The notes: a model not told the origin generated them from the letters alone. A stretch of 64,000 bases of DNA from Acidimicrobiales bacterium (GCA_047974625.1 JBKECK010000016.1:2262-66261); one strand, 5' to 3'. Shown: positions 1-10,700, counted from the first letter of the stretch. Numbers and translations: made by a program.

Positions 1-41
1 CGTGCCACTAGAACGGGGCCGGGACCACCAGAGGAGCAACC

Positions 42-887
42 GTGACCATCTATTCGGTGAAGACACCGCCCCAGCACGGCGCCTGGACCGACTTCCTCGA
101 CGTCTGGAGGGCCGCCGATGACATCGAGACCTTCGCCACAGCTTGGAACTTCGACCACTTCTACCCGCTCGTGGGCGACACCGACGGCCCATGCCTGGAG
201 GGCTGGACCATGCTGGCCGCCCTGGCCCAGGCCACGAGCCGGATCCGGATCGGCACCATGGTGAACGGTATGCACTACCGGCACCCGGCGGTCACGGCCA
301 ACATGGCCGCCACGGTGGATCATGTCTCGGGCGGGCGCCTCAACCTCGGACTCGGCGCCGGTTGGAACGAGCAGGAGTCGACCGCCTACGGGATCGAACT
401 GGGCAGCGTGAAGGACCGTCTCGACCGGTTCGAGGAGGGTGTGGCCTGCATCATCGGCCTCCTGAGTAACGAACACACCAACTACCAGGGCCGCTTCTTC
501 ACCCTGACCGACGCCCGTTGCGAACCCAAGCCGGTTCAGCGACCCAACCCACCGATCGTGATCGGGGGTTCCGGCCCGAAGCGCACCCTGGCCATCGTCG
601 CCCGCCACGCCGACCAGTGGGACGGGGGTTTCGCCGCCGACCCCACGGCCTGGCTCAGCCTTAGTGAGATCCTCGACGGCCACTGTGCCGACATCGGCCG
701 CGACCCGGGCGAGATCAGCCGCTCGATCCACCTCGCCTGGGCCCCGGACGATGACCCCTCGAAGCTGGCCGCCCGCGCCGCCGAACTGGCCGACGCCGGG
801 GTCGACGAGATCATCTTCTCCATGCGTGGCCCCTACCGGGCCGACCTGCTCGAACCGCTGGCCAACGCCATCACCACCGGGGCCTGA
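42..887 (+). CDS. LLM class (likely F420-dependent) oxidoreductase
   Basis: AGGAG RBS then GTG; luciferase-like motifs WNFDHFYP, EGWTMLAALA, GRLNLGLGAGW, PPIVIGGSG. Confidence 0.9.
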   Translation: MTIYSVKTPPQHGAWTDFLDVWRAADDIETFATAWNFDHFYPLVGDTDGPCLEGWTMLAALAQATSRIRIGTMVNGMHYRHPAVTANMAATVDHVSGGRLNLGLGAGWNEQESTAYGIELGSVKDRLDRFEEGVACIIGLLSNEHTNYQGRFFTLTDARCEPKPVQRPNPPIVIGGSGPKRTLAIVARHADQWDGGFAADPTAWLSLSEILDGHCADIGRDPGEISRSIHLAWAPDDDPSKLAARAAELADAGVDEIIFSMRGPYRADLLEPLANAITTGA

Positions 888-953
888 CGATCGACCACGA
901 CCGTCTACCACGACCGCGGACGGACGCCTACCGCTGCGGGTAGGGTCGGACCC

Positions 954-3623
954 ATGGACCTCGAACGCCTAGCGCTCCTGTTCGGTGACGAGGTGTTGGA
1001 TGCCCTCGACGAGTTCGACCTCGACCACGAGGCGGGCCGGCTGGAACTGGTCGAACGGTTCGCCGGCCTGCCGGCCGGTCCAACCGAACCCGGCGGCCGG
1101 GCCGGCCTGCGCGCCGTCATCGTCAACCAGGTCCTGGACGACGATCCACCCCACACCTGGTCGACCGTCCAACGGCTCCACGACCTGGGCCTCGACGGCC
1201 GACAGATCCTGTCGCAGCTGGCCATCGTGGTGGGTGAACAGCTGTCCGCCGCCCTGGCCGACGACCAGCCGTTCGCCGTCGACGACTATGTGCAGGCCCT
1301 CGACGACCTGCCCCTCCCCGAACGCTCCGACGTCGCTGATCGGATCGTCACCGCCGTCCGCAGCGGGTCGGGCCCCGATGCCTCCGAGTGCCTCAACGCG
1401 GTGATCTCCTCGTACCAGCCGCTCGCCGGCGCCGTGATCGAGCGGCAGGTCGATCAGGTCTTCGACCGGATGCTCGGCGGACCGCTCCACCTCCTCCCCG
1501 ACGACCGCGTCGTCCTGCTCCCCGATCTGGTGGACGGCACCACGTTCACCCACCGGCTCACCGACATCGAGTGCGACCTCGGCGCCCTCACCGTCTCGTT
1601 CGATCTGGCCGCCTTCGATCGGCTCGACCTGGTGCGGCTGGCCGACGGGACCGAACTGGAGCCGTTCTCGGTCGAGGACGGCCACCTCGGGTGGGGTGGA
1701 CCGGAGGGATGGCTGGCCCGATTCGAACCGGGTGCGCTGATCAGCTGCACCGTGGCGGTCGATCCCTCGGGCGAACCAGGTGTCGACCCCGTGGCGGCCA
1801 CCATCACGGTCGAGGCCGCCGACCACGAACCGGCCGTGACCGACGCGGCCGCCGGCCTCGTCCGGGCCGGGTACGACCGCCTCACCGCCGAGCTGGCCCT
1901 ACCGGTGGCGGCCGACGATCTCGTGTGGTGGCTGCTGTTCCACCACCGTGACCTGTTCGCCGAGCTCCAACCACCGCTCGCCGACCTGTGCGACGCGGCC
2001 AGCCTAGAGCGTCGGGGCAGCGAGCTGGGTCATGACGAGGATGTGTGGCGCACCCAGTTGTTCGTCCAGCGGTTCCGCCAGGCCGCCGCCCTGGTGCCCG
2101 AGCCCCGGTGGCGGCAGGTCCTGAGCAACGCCCTCCAGGTGCTCGACGATCCGGACGCTCCGATCGACGATGTCCGGTCCGCCCTCGCCGAGACCGCCGC
2201 ACCCGAGGTGCTCGACGCCCTGGCCGACGCCCTCTTTCCCCACCACCTCTCGTTGGAGGACCAGTTCGAGCTGGGCTGGGCCGACGCACCCGGACGCCTG
2301 TTCGAGCTGGTCGGGCGAGCCACCGCGGTGGCCCGCCGTCCCGCCGAGGTGGCCACAGCCGAGTACCTCTCCGCCGTGCTCCACGAGCGGTGCGGGGCCC
2401 CCGAGACGGCTGAGGACCACCTCAAACGGGCGGCCGAGGCCCAACCCCGGCTGGGCCCGGTGGTGGAACGGCTCGGCTGGTACCGGTTCGACCGGGGCGA
2501 CGCCTCCAGTGCGATGCAGTGGTGGCGCACCCTGTCCACCCTCCCAGAGGCGGCCCGCACCATCGAGCCGTTCCTCTCCCCCACCGGCGGGGCGTCCCGG
2601 ATCGGCCGCAACGACCTCTGCTGGTGCGGGTCGGGCCGCAAGTTCAAACGGTGCCACCAGGGTTCCGCCGCGCTCCCCGCCCTGCCCGACCGGGTCGGCT
2701 GGCTGTGCCGTAAGGCGTCGCTGTGGATCGACCACAGCACCGGCGACGTCCGCCGCTCGATCGTCGAGCTGGCCTGGGCCTGGGCCTCCGGCGACCCAGA
2801 CGGCGACCCGGTCGACCTGGCCTCCATCGACGACGAGGCCGACTTCCAGCGGATCGGCGAGGCCTTCTCCGATCCCATCCTGTTCGACGCCGCCCTCCAC
2901 GAGGGGGGTCTCTACAGGCTGTTCCTGTACGAGCGCGGCGTCCTGCTACCCGAGGACGAGCAGCTCCTGGTCACCTCGTGGACGGCCGTCGACCGCAGTG
3001 TGCACGAGGTGGTGGCCGTCGACCCCGGGGTGGGCGTGACCCTGCGCGACCTCGCCACCGGCGAGGTGCTCGAGGTCCAGGAACGGACGGCCAGTACAAC
3101 GATGGGGGTCGGTGAACGCTATTGCGCCCGGGTGGTTCCCGACGGCGTCGGCCACCAGATCATCGGTGGGGTGTTCCCGGTGCGCACCGGGAACGAGGTC
3201 ACCGTGCTCGATCTGTGCGCCGCCCACGACCCCATGGCCCTGTGCGCCTGGGCGGGGGCGCGGCTACGTCCGCCCCAACTGGTCCACCGGCCCGGCCTCA
3301 TCGACGAGATGTTCGACCGGGACGCCATCGAGACCCTGCTCCAGAACGCCGACGACGACCCCGACACAGCCATGGCCACCGTCCGGACCGAGCTGGCCCG
3401 CCAGGCCCAGGCGCGATGGCTCGACGACCACATCCCCGCCCTCGGTGGCCTGACACCACGGGAGGCCGCCGCCGACCCCACCCGGCGGGAACAGCTCGAA
3501 CGGCTGCTGGCCGAGTTCGAGACGGACGGTCGCCGGGGCCCGAGCGGGCCGGACCTGCCCGACGGTTTCACCCCGTTCCGTTACGACGTCGACGCCATGC
3601 GTCGGGAGCTGGGCCTGGGCTGA
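954..3623 (+). CDS. SEC-C motif protein with TPR-like segment
   Basis: 889 aa; IGRNDLCWCGSGRKFKRCH SEC-C motif; C-terminal WLDDHIPALGGLTPREA motif. Confidence 0.8.
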   Translation: MDLERLALLFGDEVLDALDEFDLDHEAGRLELVERFAGLPAGPTEPGGRAGLRAVIVNQVLDDDPPHTWSTVQRLHDLGLDGRQILSQLAIVVGEQLSAALADDQPFAVDDYVQALDDLPLPERSDVADRIVTAVRSGSGPDASECLNAVISSYQPLAGAVIERQVDQVFDRMLGGPLHLLPDDRVVLLPDLVDGTTFTHRLTDIECDLGALTVSFDLAAFDRLDLVRLADGTELEPFSVEDGHLGWGGPEGWLARFEPGALISCTVAVDPSGEPGVDPVAATITVEAADHEPAVTDAAAGLVRAGYDRLTAELALPVAADDLVWWLLFHHRDLFAELQPPLADLCDAASLERRGSELGHDEDVWRTQLFVQRFRQAAALVPEPRWRQVLSNALQVLDDPDAPIDDVRSALAETAAPEVLDALADALFPHHLSLEDQFELGWADAPGRLFELVGRATAVARRPAEVATAEYLSAVLHERCGAPETAEDHLKRAAEAQPRLGPVVERLGWYRFDRGDASSAMQWWRTLSTLPEAARTIEPFLSPTGGASRIGRNDLCWCGSGRKFKRCHQGSAALPALPDRVGWLCRKASLWIDHSTGDVRRSIVELAWAWASGDPDGDPVDLASIDDEADFQRIGEAFSDPILFDAALHEGGLYRLFLYERGVLLPEDEQLLVTSWTAVDRSVHEVVAVDPGVGVTLRDLATGEVLEVQERTASTTMGVGERYCARVVPDGVGHQIIGGVFPVRTGNEVTVLDLCAAHDPMALCAWAGARLRPPQLVHRPGLIDEMFDRDAIETLLQNADDDPDTAMATVRTELARQAQARWLDDHIPALGGLTPREAAADPTRREQLERLLAEFETDGRRGPSGPDLPDGFTPFRYDVDAMRRELGLG

Positions 3624-3662
3624 GCCCCGGGTGAGACCGGCCGGCCATTCTCACCGGCCGGG

Positions 3663-4736
3663 TTACCCGCCCGCCCGCAGGCCGTCGACGTAGTCGATCA
3701 GGAACGCTACGTCGTCCTCCAGGGGGCGGAAGAGGGAACGGTCGGTGTGGTTGCGCGACACCGGGACCACGAGGTCACGGTCCCGGTCGTCGAAAGAGGC
3801 CACGATCAGGCCGTCGCCGCTGTACGACTCGGCCACGGTGTGAGCGGCGATCACATGACCGCCGTTGCCCTCGATGAACTCGAGGCAGCGGCGGTGGGTG
3901 AGCGGCGAGTCGGAGAACAAGTAGTGGTGGGTGGAGACCACCACGAACCGGACGGCACCGGCGGCGATGGCGTCCCGGGCCCCGAGGAGGGCGTCGTACT
4001 CCACCCCCTGCACGTCGAGGTGGAGGATGTCGCAACGATCCACCTGCCCCGCCGACCGCAGACCGTCCAGCGACACGATCGTGGTGGTGGTCGACTCGGA
4101 CGGGTCGGAGTCGAGGGGCAGGGTGACCGGGGCGCCGTGGTCAGATCCGGCCGCTCCGTCCAGGAAGGTGATCCGGTCGGTCATGGTGTTGAGCCGGGCG
4201 TTGCGTTCGCCCAGGGCCCGGTTGTGGTGATCGGGCTCGACGGCGATCGCCCGGCCGTCGGGCCAGCGGTGGCCGACCCACAGCGAGTAGTAGGCCCAGT
4301 ACGACCCGAACTCGACGATGGTGGGGGCCGGGTCGAGCCGTTCCACGATGGCGACGAACGCCCGCTCCTCCTGGGGCTCGTGGAAACCGCCGAGGCCCTC
4401 GATGATCTCGGTCATCCACGGTCCGCAGTAGCCGTCGGCCTCCACTACCAACCCGTTGTGGAGGACCTGGACCCGCTGGCCGTCGCGGTCCACCACCGCC
4501 CCGGCCCCGGGCACCCGGTCCAGATCGGCCGTGTCCCGGCAGGAGGTGGTCATGGCCACCCGCTGGGCGTCGCTAAGGCGGCCGATGCGGGGGGCGCTCA
4601 ACAGAACCTCCAGACCCGACGGTGGCGTCGGCTGGTCGGGCGGCACCGAGGCGTCGTCCCCGGGCGGCGCCGCCCCGAACCAACCGGCGAGAACTCGTGA
4701 CGACGGGCGCAGGCGCCGACCGAACCCAGAGAGCAT
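3663..4736 (-). CDS. FkbM-family SAM methyltransferase
   Basis: IVEFGSYWAYYS, AVEP, DILHLDVQGVE motifs; start placed at ATG 4736 because the longer ORF overlaps the divergent MFS gene. Confidence 0.75.
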   Translation of the reverse strand: MLSGFGRRLRPSSRVLAGWFGAAPPGDDASVPPDQPTPPSGLEVLLSAPRIGRLSDAQRVAMTTSCRDTADLDRVPGAGAVVDRDGQRVQVLHNGLVVEADGYCGPWMTEIIEGLGGFHEPQEERAFVAIVERLDPAPTIVEFGSYWAYYSLWVGHRWPDGRAIAVEPDHHNRALGERNARLNTMTDRITFLDGAAGSDHGAPVTLPLDSDPSESTTTTIVSLDGLRSAGQVDRCDILHLDVQGVEYDALLGARDAIAAGAVRFVVVSTHHYLFSDSPLTHRRCLEFIEGNGGHVIAAHTVAESYSGDGLIVASFDDRDRDLVVPVSRNHTDRSLFRPLEDDVAFLIDYVDGLRAGG

Positions 4737-4880
4737 GGGGTGATGGTAGGCGGACGACGTCACCCGCCACTGACGCCCAGGGGACCAATCTCGGGAAACC
4801 CGGCGCCCGGCCCGGTCATCTGGCTCCCCTCTCCCCTGGGTCAGGGCATCACCTGGTCGGGGTGGGTATGGTGCCGACGG

Positions 4881-6065
4881 ATGCAACAGGTCCGCCCCCC
4901 AATCTGGTTCATCTACGGCATCACCGTGTGTGGCATCCTGGCCAACACCCTGCTCACGCCGAATGTGCCCGACATCCTCGCCGACCTCGGCCAACCGGAA
5001 GGGCGCGCCGGGATCCTGGTGGCCAGCGCCGCCCTACCGGGTGTGTTCATCGCCCCCATCATCGGGGTGTTCGCCGACCGTTGGGGCCGGAGACCCGTTC
5101 TGCTGCCGTGCATGGTCATATTCGGTGTCGCCGCCCTGTTGTCGTCAGTGGCCCCCACCTTCCCCCTGCTCATCGGGGCCCGCCTCATCCAGGGGATCGG
5201 ATCGGCCGGGCTGATCAACCTGGCGGTCGTCCTGATCGGCGACCACTGGTCCGGTTACCAGCGCACCCGGCTGATCGGCCACAACTCGGCCGTGCTCACG
5301 GTGTGTCTGGCCCTCGTGCCGTCCCTGGGCGGCCTGATCGCCGAATGGTCGAGCTGGCGCTGGGCTCTGGCCTGTGGAGGAATCGCCCTGCCGATGGCCT
5401 TGGCCGGGGTCTGGATCCTGCCCGCCCGCCGCCCGGATCACATCCGCTCCCTGCGCGACCAGCTCGACGGGGCCCGGCGGGCGATCTCCGACCGGGTGGC
5501 CCTGGCCATCGTCGGCACCGGGTTTCTGCTCTTTGTGGTCGTATTCGGGGTGTTCCTCACCGCTCTCCCGGTGCACCTGGAACAGGAGTTCGGGCTGGGC
5601 CCGGGCGCCCGGGGCCTCGTCCTGTCGGCCCCGGCCATCGGCTCCACCTTCAGCGCCATCAACCTGGCCCGGTTCCGGGCCCGGTTCGGGCTGCGGCCCA
5701 TGCTCGTGGGCGCGAGCGCCCTCGTATCGGTGGCCGCCCTTGGGGTGGGGATCGCCCCCACCGTGACCGCCGTGGTCGTGGCCAGTGTCGTCTACGGCCT
5801 GGGCGACGGCTCGCTGATCCCCAACCTCCAGGACGCGGCCAACACCGCCAGCCCGCCCAGCCAGCGGGCCGCGGTGATGGCGGCCTGGGTGTCGGCGGTC
5901 CGACTCGGCCAGACGGTCGGGCCGATCACGGCCGCCGCTCTGTTCGCCGCCACCTCGACCGAGTTCACCATGCTGGTGGGAGCGGCCCTGTTCGCGGTGG
6001 TCGCCGTGTTCCTCGCCGTCGGGCCCATCAGCGAGGAGGAGATCGAGCGGGCCGGGGCAGCCTGA
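4881..6065 (+). CDS. MFS transporter
   Basis: About 12 hydrophobic segments; motif A GVFADRWGRRPVL; ARLIQGIG. Confidence 0.9.
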   Translation: MQQVRPPIWFIYGITVCGILANTLLTPNVPDILADLGQPEGRAGILVASAALPGVFIAPIIGVFADRWGRRPVLLPCMVIFGVAALLSSVAPTFPLLIGARLIQGIGSAGLINLAVVLIGDHWSGYQRTRLIGHNSAVLTVCLALVPSLGGLIAEWSSWRWALACGGIALPMALAGVWILPARRPDHIRSLRDQLDGARRAISDRVALAIVGTGFLLFVVVFGVFLTALPVHLEQEFGLGPGARGLVLSAPAIGSTFSAINLARFRARFGLRPMLVGASALVSVAALGVGIAPTVTAVVVASVVYGLGDGSLIPNLQDAANTASPPSQRAAVMAAWVSAVRLGQTVGPITAAALFAATSTEFTMLVGAALFAVVAVFLAVGPISEEEIERAGAA

Positions 6066-6113
6066 TGGGGTGGGCCACCGGACGCGGCCATCAGCCCGCC
6101 ATCTACCGGTGGA

Positions 6114-7201
6114 TCACCTGATCACGGCACAGTCGGCGGTGTTGAGGTCGAGGTCGGCGTCGATGTAGCAGGTACCGCCGCCGACGCTGTGGTCGGCCTC
6201 CCCGTCCTCGGCCCAGGCCTCGACGGAGCCGTACACGGTGTCCCGCCCGGAGCCGCCGCCGGCGAAGTTGGCTTCGACATGGTCATCGCCGGCCCCGGCG
6301 TAGGCCCGGACGCCTTCGGTGTCTCCCACCTCGATGAGGATGAGATCCTCGCCGTCGCCGCCGTAGACGGTGCTGCCGTTCCCGGCCCCGACGAGGGTGT
6401 CGGTACCCGAACCGAGGGCGACGTAGTCGGCCCCGGTGTCGCCGCCCAGCAGGGTCACCGAGTCGTTACCTCCACCGGTGACGATCCAATCCGAACCGCC
6501 GGTGCTGCCCTCGCCTTCCTCGATCTCGTCATTGCCCGAGGAGCCGTAGACCACGTCATCGCCGGATCCGAGCTTGGCGTCGATCTCGCCCCCGTTGGAG
6601 TAGAAGCGGTCGTTGCCCTCGCCCCCGTAGAGGACCTTGGGCTCGAGCATCAGCTCGTCGAGCGGACCGGCCGTGGTGTCGTACCCGGTCAACCGGTCAT
6701 CGCCGGCCAGTCCGTACATCGTGTCCCGGACGCCGGGACCGGTGTAGAGCACATCGTTGCCGGCGCTGCCGGTGATCACGTCGTTGCCCTCGCCACCGCC
6801 CACGGTGTTGGCCGACGTGTCGCTGGATCCGCCGGCGTCGATGACGTCGTCGCCCTCCTTACCCCAGATCTCGTCGGAGCCGCCCCCACCGTTGAGCACA
6901 TCGTCGCCGGGGCCGCCGTAGATGACGTCGTTGCCGGCGTCGCCGTAGACGACGTCATCGCCGTCGAGCCCGTAGACCACATCGTCGCCGCCCAGGGCAC
7001 AGCTCACGTCCGGCCCCGCGGTGCCGACCAACCGGTCCGCCCCTCGGTACCAGTGATGGTGCAACCCCGCTCATCCTGAGCACTGGCCGGCCCCGCGAAC
7101 AGCAGGCCACTTGCGGTGGTCGCCACGATGATGGCGCCCAGTCGTCGCCCGTTCATGCCGGGTCGTCCCCCATTCACGCTGTGTGTCTGCCTTTTGTTCA
7201 T
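6114..7201 (-). pseudogene. Secreted RTX/hemolysin-type calcium-binding repeat protein, frameshifted near 7040
   Basis: Signal peptide plus CTITGTEG in one frame (ATG 7201) continues as ADRLVGTAGPD and many GGxGxD repeats in another frame; one G missing from a G-run. Confidence 0.7.
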
Positions 7202-7234
7202 GTCATATCCGCCTTCGGATCGGCATCGGAAAAC

Positions 7235-7345
7235 CGAGTAGTCGACCCCCAGGCGGGTGGGGGGTGTCGACGATCTCCCAGGAGAAGAACCCGGAATCGG
7301 CCCGGAGGGTGAGCGGGCCGGTGGCGCCACAGGCCCGGACCTTCA
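7235..7345 (-). mobile_element. IS1380-family transposase fragment
   Basis: GATGPLTLRADSGFFSWEIVD followed, after a frameshift, by RLGVDYSV; resembles the IS1380 DDE segment; no IRs seen. Confidence 0.55.
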
Positions 7346-7424
7346 CACCCACATGGTTAGACAGCATGGCCCCACTTCGGGCGACCACGGGGATACACGA
7401 ACGGAATGTGCTACCATGTAGAAC

Positions 7425-7688
7425 ATGTCCGAAGTTGGGATCCGAGCGCTGAAGCAGAACGCGTCCGCTGTTGTCGCCGAAGCGGCGTCGGGGGAGACGG
7501 TCACGATTACCGATCGGGGGAGGCCAGTTGCTCAGATAACTGCGATTCCGAAGTCGCGTCTTGCTGCATTGGTCGACGCGGGCTGTGCCCGACCTCCTCG
7601 GTGTAGGCTGGTCGACCTTCCGGCTCCGGAGCCTGGCCCCGATCTCTCGGAAGTACTTGCTGAGATGCGCGGCGACGAGCGGTACTGA
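7425..7688 (+). CDS. Phd/YefM-family antitoxin
   Basis: MSEVGIRALKQNASAVV...GETVTITDRGRPVAQI; 87 aa, directly upstream of a PIN toxin. Confidence 0.9.
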   Translation: MSEVGIRALKQNASAVVAEAASGETVTITDRGRPVAQITAIPKSRLAALVDAGCARPPRCRLVDLPAPEPGPDLSEVLAEMRGDERY

Positions 7689-7689
7689 G

Positions 7690-8082
7690 GTGGCGTTCTA
7701 CGTTGATACGTCGGCTTTGGTGAAGTTGGTCGTCGCGGAGTCTGAGACCTCCGCACTTCGGACCTGGATGGCTGGTGTCGGGAGCGACCTCGTGGCGGGC
7801 GATCTCGTTCGGACCGAGTTGATGCGGGCTGTCCGGCGGGTCCTCCCGGCCAGAGTTTTGCTTGCTCAGCGGGTGCTGGACTCCCTGACCCTCATCGACG
7901 TCACGACCTCGCTGTTCGCTGAGGCGGGTCGGCTCGACCCTCCAGAGTTGAGATCTCTCGACGCCATTCATTTGACGGTGGCGCTCGATCTGGGCGATGA
8001 CCTGGACGGATTGGTGACCTACGACGACCGCTTGTCCCAAGCTGCCATTGCCAACGGCGTGCCAGTCGTTGCTCCGCAGTGA
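7690..8082 (+). CDS. vapC: VapC PIN-domain toxin
   Basis: GTG 7690; YVDTSALVKL, E, LRSLDAIHL, LVTYDDRL PIN acidic motifs. Confidence 0.9.
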   Translation: MAFYVDTSALVKLVVAESETSALRTWMAGVGSDLVAGDLVRTELMRAVRRVLPARVLLAQRVLDSLTLIDVTTSLFAEAGRLDPPELRSLDAIHLTVALDLGDDLDGLVTYDDRLSQAAIANGVPVVAPQ

Positions 8083-8249
8083 TGAGTCCGACCCGAGTTT
8101 GGCGGGGCAGGCCGCTCTCGGGGGTGAGTGCGGGTGGTTGACCTGGGGAAACAGGCTTTGGGGAGGGGTTTGAGTCCGAAAGTGCAGGGGCGACACTTTC
8201 TCAACTGGGCCCCTCCAGCCGTCTCACCCCACCCCTCGGCCCCATCCCA

Positions 8250-8309
8250 AAATCCACGAAACCCCGCCCGAGCCTTGGCGGCCTGGAGCGGGGTTCGGGT
8301 GCCTCGGGC
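8250..8309. repeat. 60-bp direct repeat copy 1 with hairpin
   Basis: AAATCCACGAAACCCCGCCCGAG...GCCTCGGGC identical to 11453-11512; about 40 bp upstream also similar; internal IR AACCCCGC/GCGGGGTT. Confidence 0.9.
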
Positions 8310-8329
8310 AGTCATTGGGATGACAGTGG

Positions 8330-8600
8330 ACGCTGGCGGACTCAAACCGAACACCTGGCACAGGTTCGAGCGGCTCGGTCCCGTGTGGGAGCAGGCGAAA
8401 CTCGGTGTCGGTAACGAGCCGCAAGGTGTCCTCGAGGCCGAGCCGGGGGTCGTCACGACCCCAAGGAGACGGACTAGAACACCGTTGACGGATAGCCAAG
8501 TGGACTCTATCCGAACTGCTCGGGCGAACGGCGAGAGCGTGGTGTCCATCTCCCGGCGATTCGGCGTGCATCGGATGACGGTGTGGACGGCCAGTTCCAT
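8330..8600 (+). pseudogene. Small resolvase-type HTH protein fragment
   Basis: PLTDSQVDSIRTARANGESVVSISRRFGVHRMTVW helix-turn-helix. Confidence 0.55.
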
Positions 8601-8614
8601 CGGTCGGTGCACGG

Positions 8615-9096
8615 TCCCGGTCACTGGCCGCGCCGGTCAGCCCCTTCTGCAGGCCTGGCAGCGTGGGCCGCGGACGCTGCGCGTATTCTTCACGCACGGG
8701 TTTCCGAACCTGTTCCAGCTCGGCGCGATCCAGAACGCCAACTCGGTCAACTTCGCCCACATCCTGCAGGAACAGGCCCGGCACGTCACCGCAATCATCG
8801 CCCGTGCCCAGGCGGAGGTGGCGCTGGCCGTCGAGCCGACCGTCGAGGCCGAGCAGGCATGGCTGCAGACCATCGCGGACACCGCGCGTGATGTCTCGGC
8901 GTTCCCGTCCGAGTGCACCCCCGGCTATTACAACGCCGAAGGGACACAAGCCATCACCGGGCTGACCTACTCTCCCAGCCCGGTCGCTTTCCACCGTCTC
9001 CTCGAACGGTGGCGGGAAGGGGACATGAGCGACGTCTTGGTCCGGGCCGAGGGCGACACCCGTGCCCGGGTCTTCGCCGCGCACGGGGCGTCCTGA
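8615..9096 (+). pseudogene. C-terminal fragment of a Baeyer-Villiger/flavin monooxygenase
   Basis: HGFPNLF, VEPTVEAEQAW, ECTPGYYNAEG; the N-terminal FAD/NADPH domains are absent. Confidence 0.75.
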
Positions 9097-9139
9097 GATT
9101 CACGGCGACCTGGCCTGCTACACGAGCCGACCCACCTCC

Positions 9140-9395
9140 CGACCTCACTGGAACGTTCAAGCTCACCCGTGCCGTACTGCCAACCGATGCTGGCCGCCGG
9201 GCACGGCACCATTGTCAAACGCCGCCAGTGAGGGCGGCCCTGCGTGGGAACGCGTCGGGCAACGCCTATACCGCCTCGAGCACGCCATCGTCGGCCTGAC
9301 GAAGTCCGCTGCCTTCACCGTCCATGCTGTCCAGCGATGCGAGCAACATCAACGGTGCCATCCTCGCGTCCGATGGCGGCTCGTCAGTGCAATGG
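9140..9395 (+). pseudogene. Degraded SDR oxidoreductase
   Basis: Fragments in different frames: DLTGTFKLTRAVLP, MLAAGHGTIV, AYTAS/HAIVGLTKS, LSSDASNINGAILASDGG. Confidence 0.65.
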
Positions 9396-9538
9396 TCCGA
9401 GACACCCATCGCCGCTTTCAGCCGCGTCGCCACCCTGCGTACGCTCTGGGCGCGGAAACTGCTAGCCGACGATCAGTCCCGCCGTGACGTTGATGATCGC
9501 GTGAACAGCGGTACCCACCGTTATTCAGACGGTGCCTG

Positions 9539-10206
9539 TCAGGACAGCCTGAACGGTTTGGAGTGCAGGACTGCGACACCATCGCGTAGGTAGGTAGGGT
9601 TCATATCGGCTGCCAAGCTCGCCTGCCACGCGCACAGGATCTCGCGGCCGTTGTTGATGATCGACACAGGGAGGGCATCGGCCGGGGTCCAGCGCAGCAT
9701 CGCCACGTCAATGGCGACGTATTGCTCCCAGATGTAGTCCTCCCGGATTGGTGAGATGTAGGCGAAGACGGCGCCGCGTCCGATCAGGGCCCGTAAGAAC
9801 CTTAGGACGATCCACTCGCTGATCGCGATATCGGCGGGGGTGTTGACCCGCAACAGGTCGATGCCGCTCATGGAGAACTCGAGGCGGCGCTCATCGATCC
9901 CTTCGAACCACAAGCCCGAGTCATCCGGCAGGTCGACCACGGGCATCTCGGAGGTATCACCGCGGCGGAAATAGGCTGAGGCCGGCTCAAGTGCTGCCCT
10001 GGCGTCTGATGTGGTGGGGCTTCCCGGGTACCAATATCCGCGCGCGGGATAGGGACTTGCCACGCGAGGTCCTCTCGGTGATGGGTGAAAGTTCCATGCT
10101 AACTCGCTGGTGGCGGCGCCCTTCGAGATGCTGCTCGATCCGCAGGTCGACGCCAACGCTCTGACCTGGGCCGCAGACACCAACAAGGCCCGAACCTCGA
10201 CCAGCG
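9539..10206 (-). CDS. Hypothetical protein, 5' end apparently cut by an IS21 end
   Basis: Protein-like ORF; the IS21-like terminus abuts at 10207. Confidence 0.45.
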
Positions 10207-10700
10207 TGTCAAGGGCCATCGGGATCTGCCCAGTGGCGGACGTGAGATGTGCCCGCTGACGGTCACGAGAACCACCGGTCCGGGGGTACTCAGGCCAAGG
10301 GGCTCACCCCCTGGCCAGCGAGTGCCTGGGTGAGTCGCACGGAGTCGCCACTGGTTTGGCAGAGGTAGGCGTGGTGCAGCAGCCGGTCGACGGTGGCGGT
10401 CCAACCCCTCGGCAGCGTCGGCACCGACCGGCAAACAGGCCAATGCCGTCCGCCACGACCAAATCGGCACGCAGCACACGGGCGATAGCTTGGTGACGGT
10501 GTCGTCGGCACGATGCTGTCGCAGCAGTACCCCGACGTCTTCCAGGGTGAACCAGGCGACCTTCAACCCCTGCTCGACTGCCTGCTGGCCGAGGGCCTGG
10601 GGTAGGAACGTATTCCCGGTCCCGGACGGACCGCACACCACCAGGTTCTCCCGGCGATGCACCCACTCCAGGTTCCGTGGTGCCTGCTGGGTCTCATCAC
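10207..10700 (-). mobile_element. istB: IS21-family remnant (istB pseudogene plus terminal repeat)
   Basis: WVHRRENLVVCGPSGTGNT (degenerate Walker A), TVDRLLHHAYLCQTSGDSVRL in shifted frames; end begins TGTCAAGGGCC with internal TGCCC..TG.CGG repeats. Confidence 0.75.
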
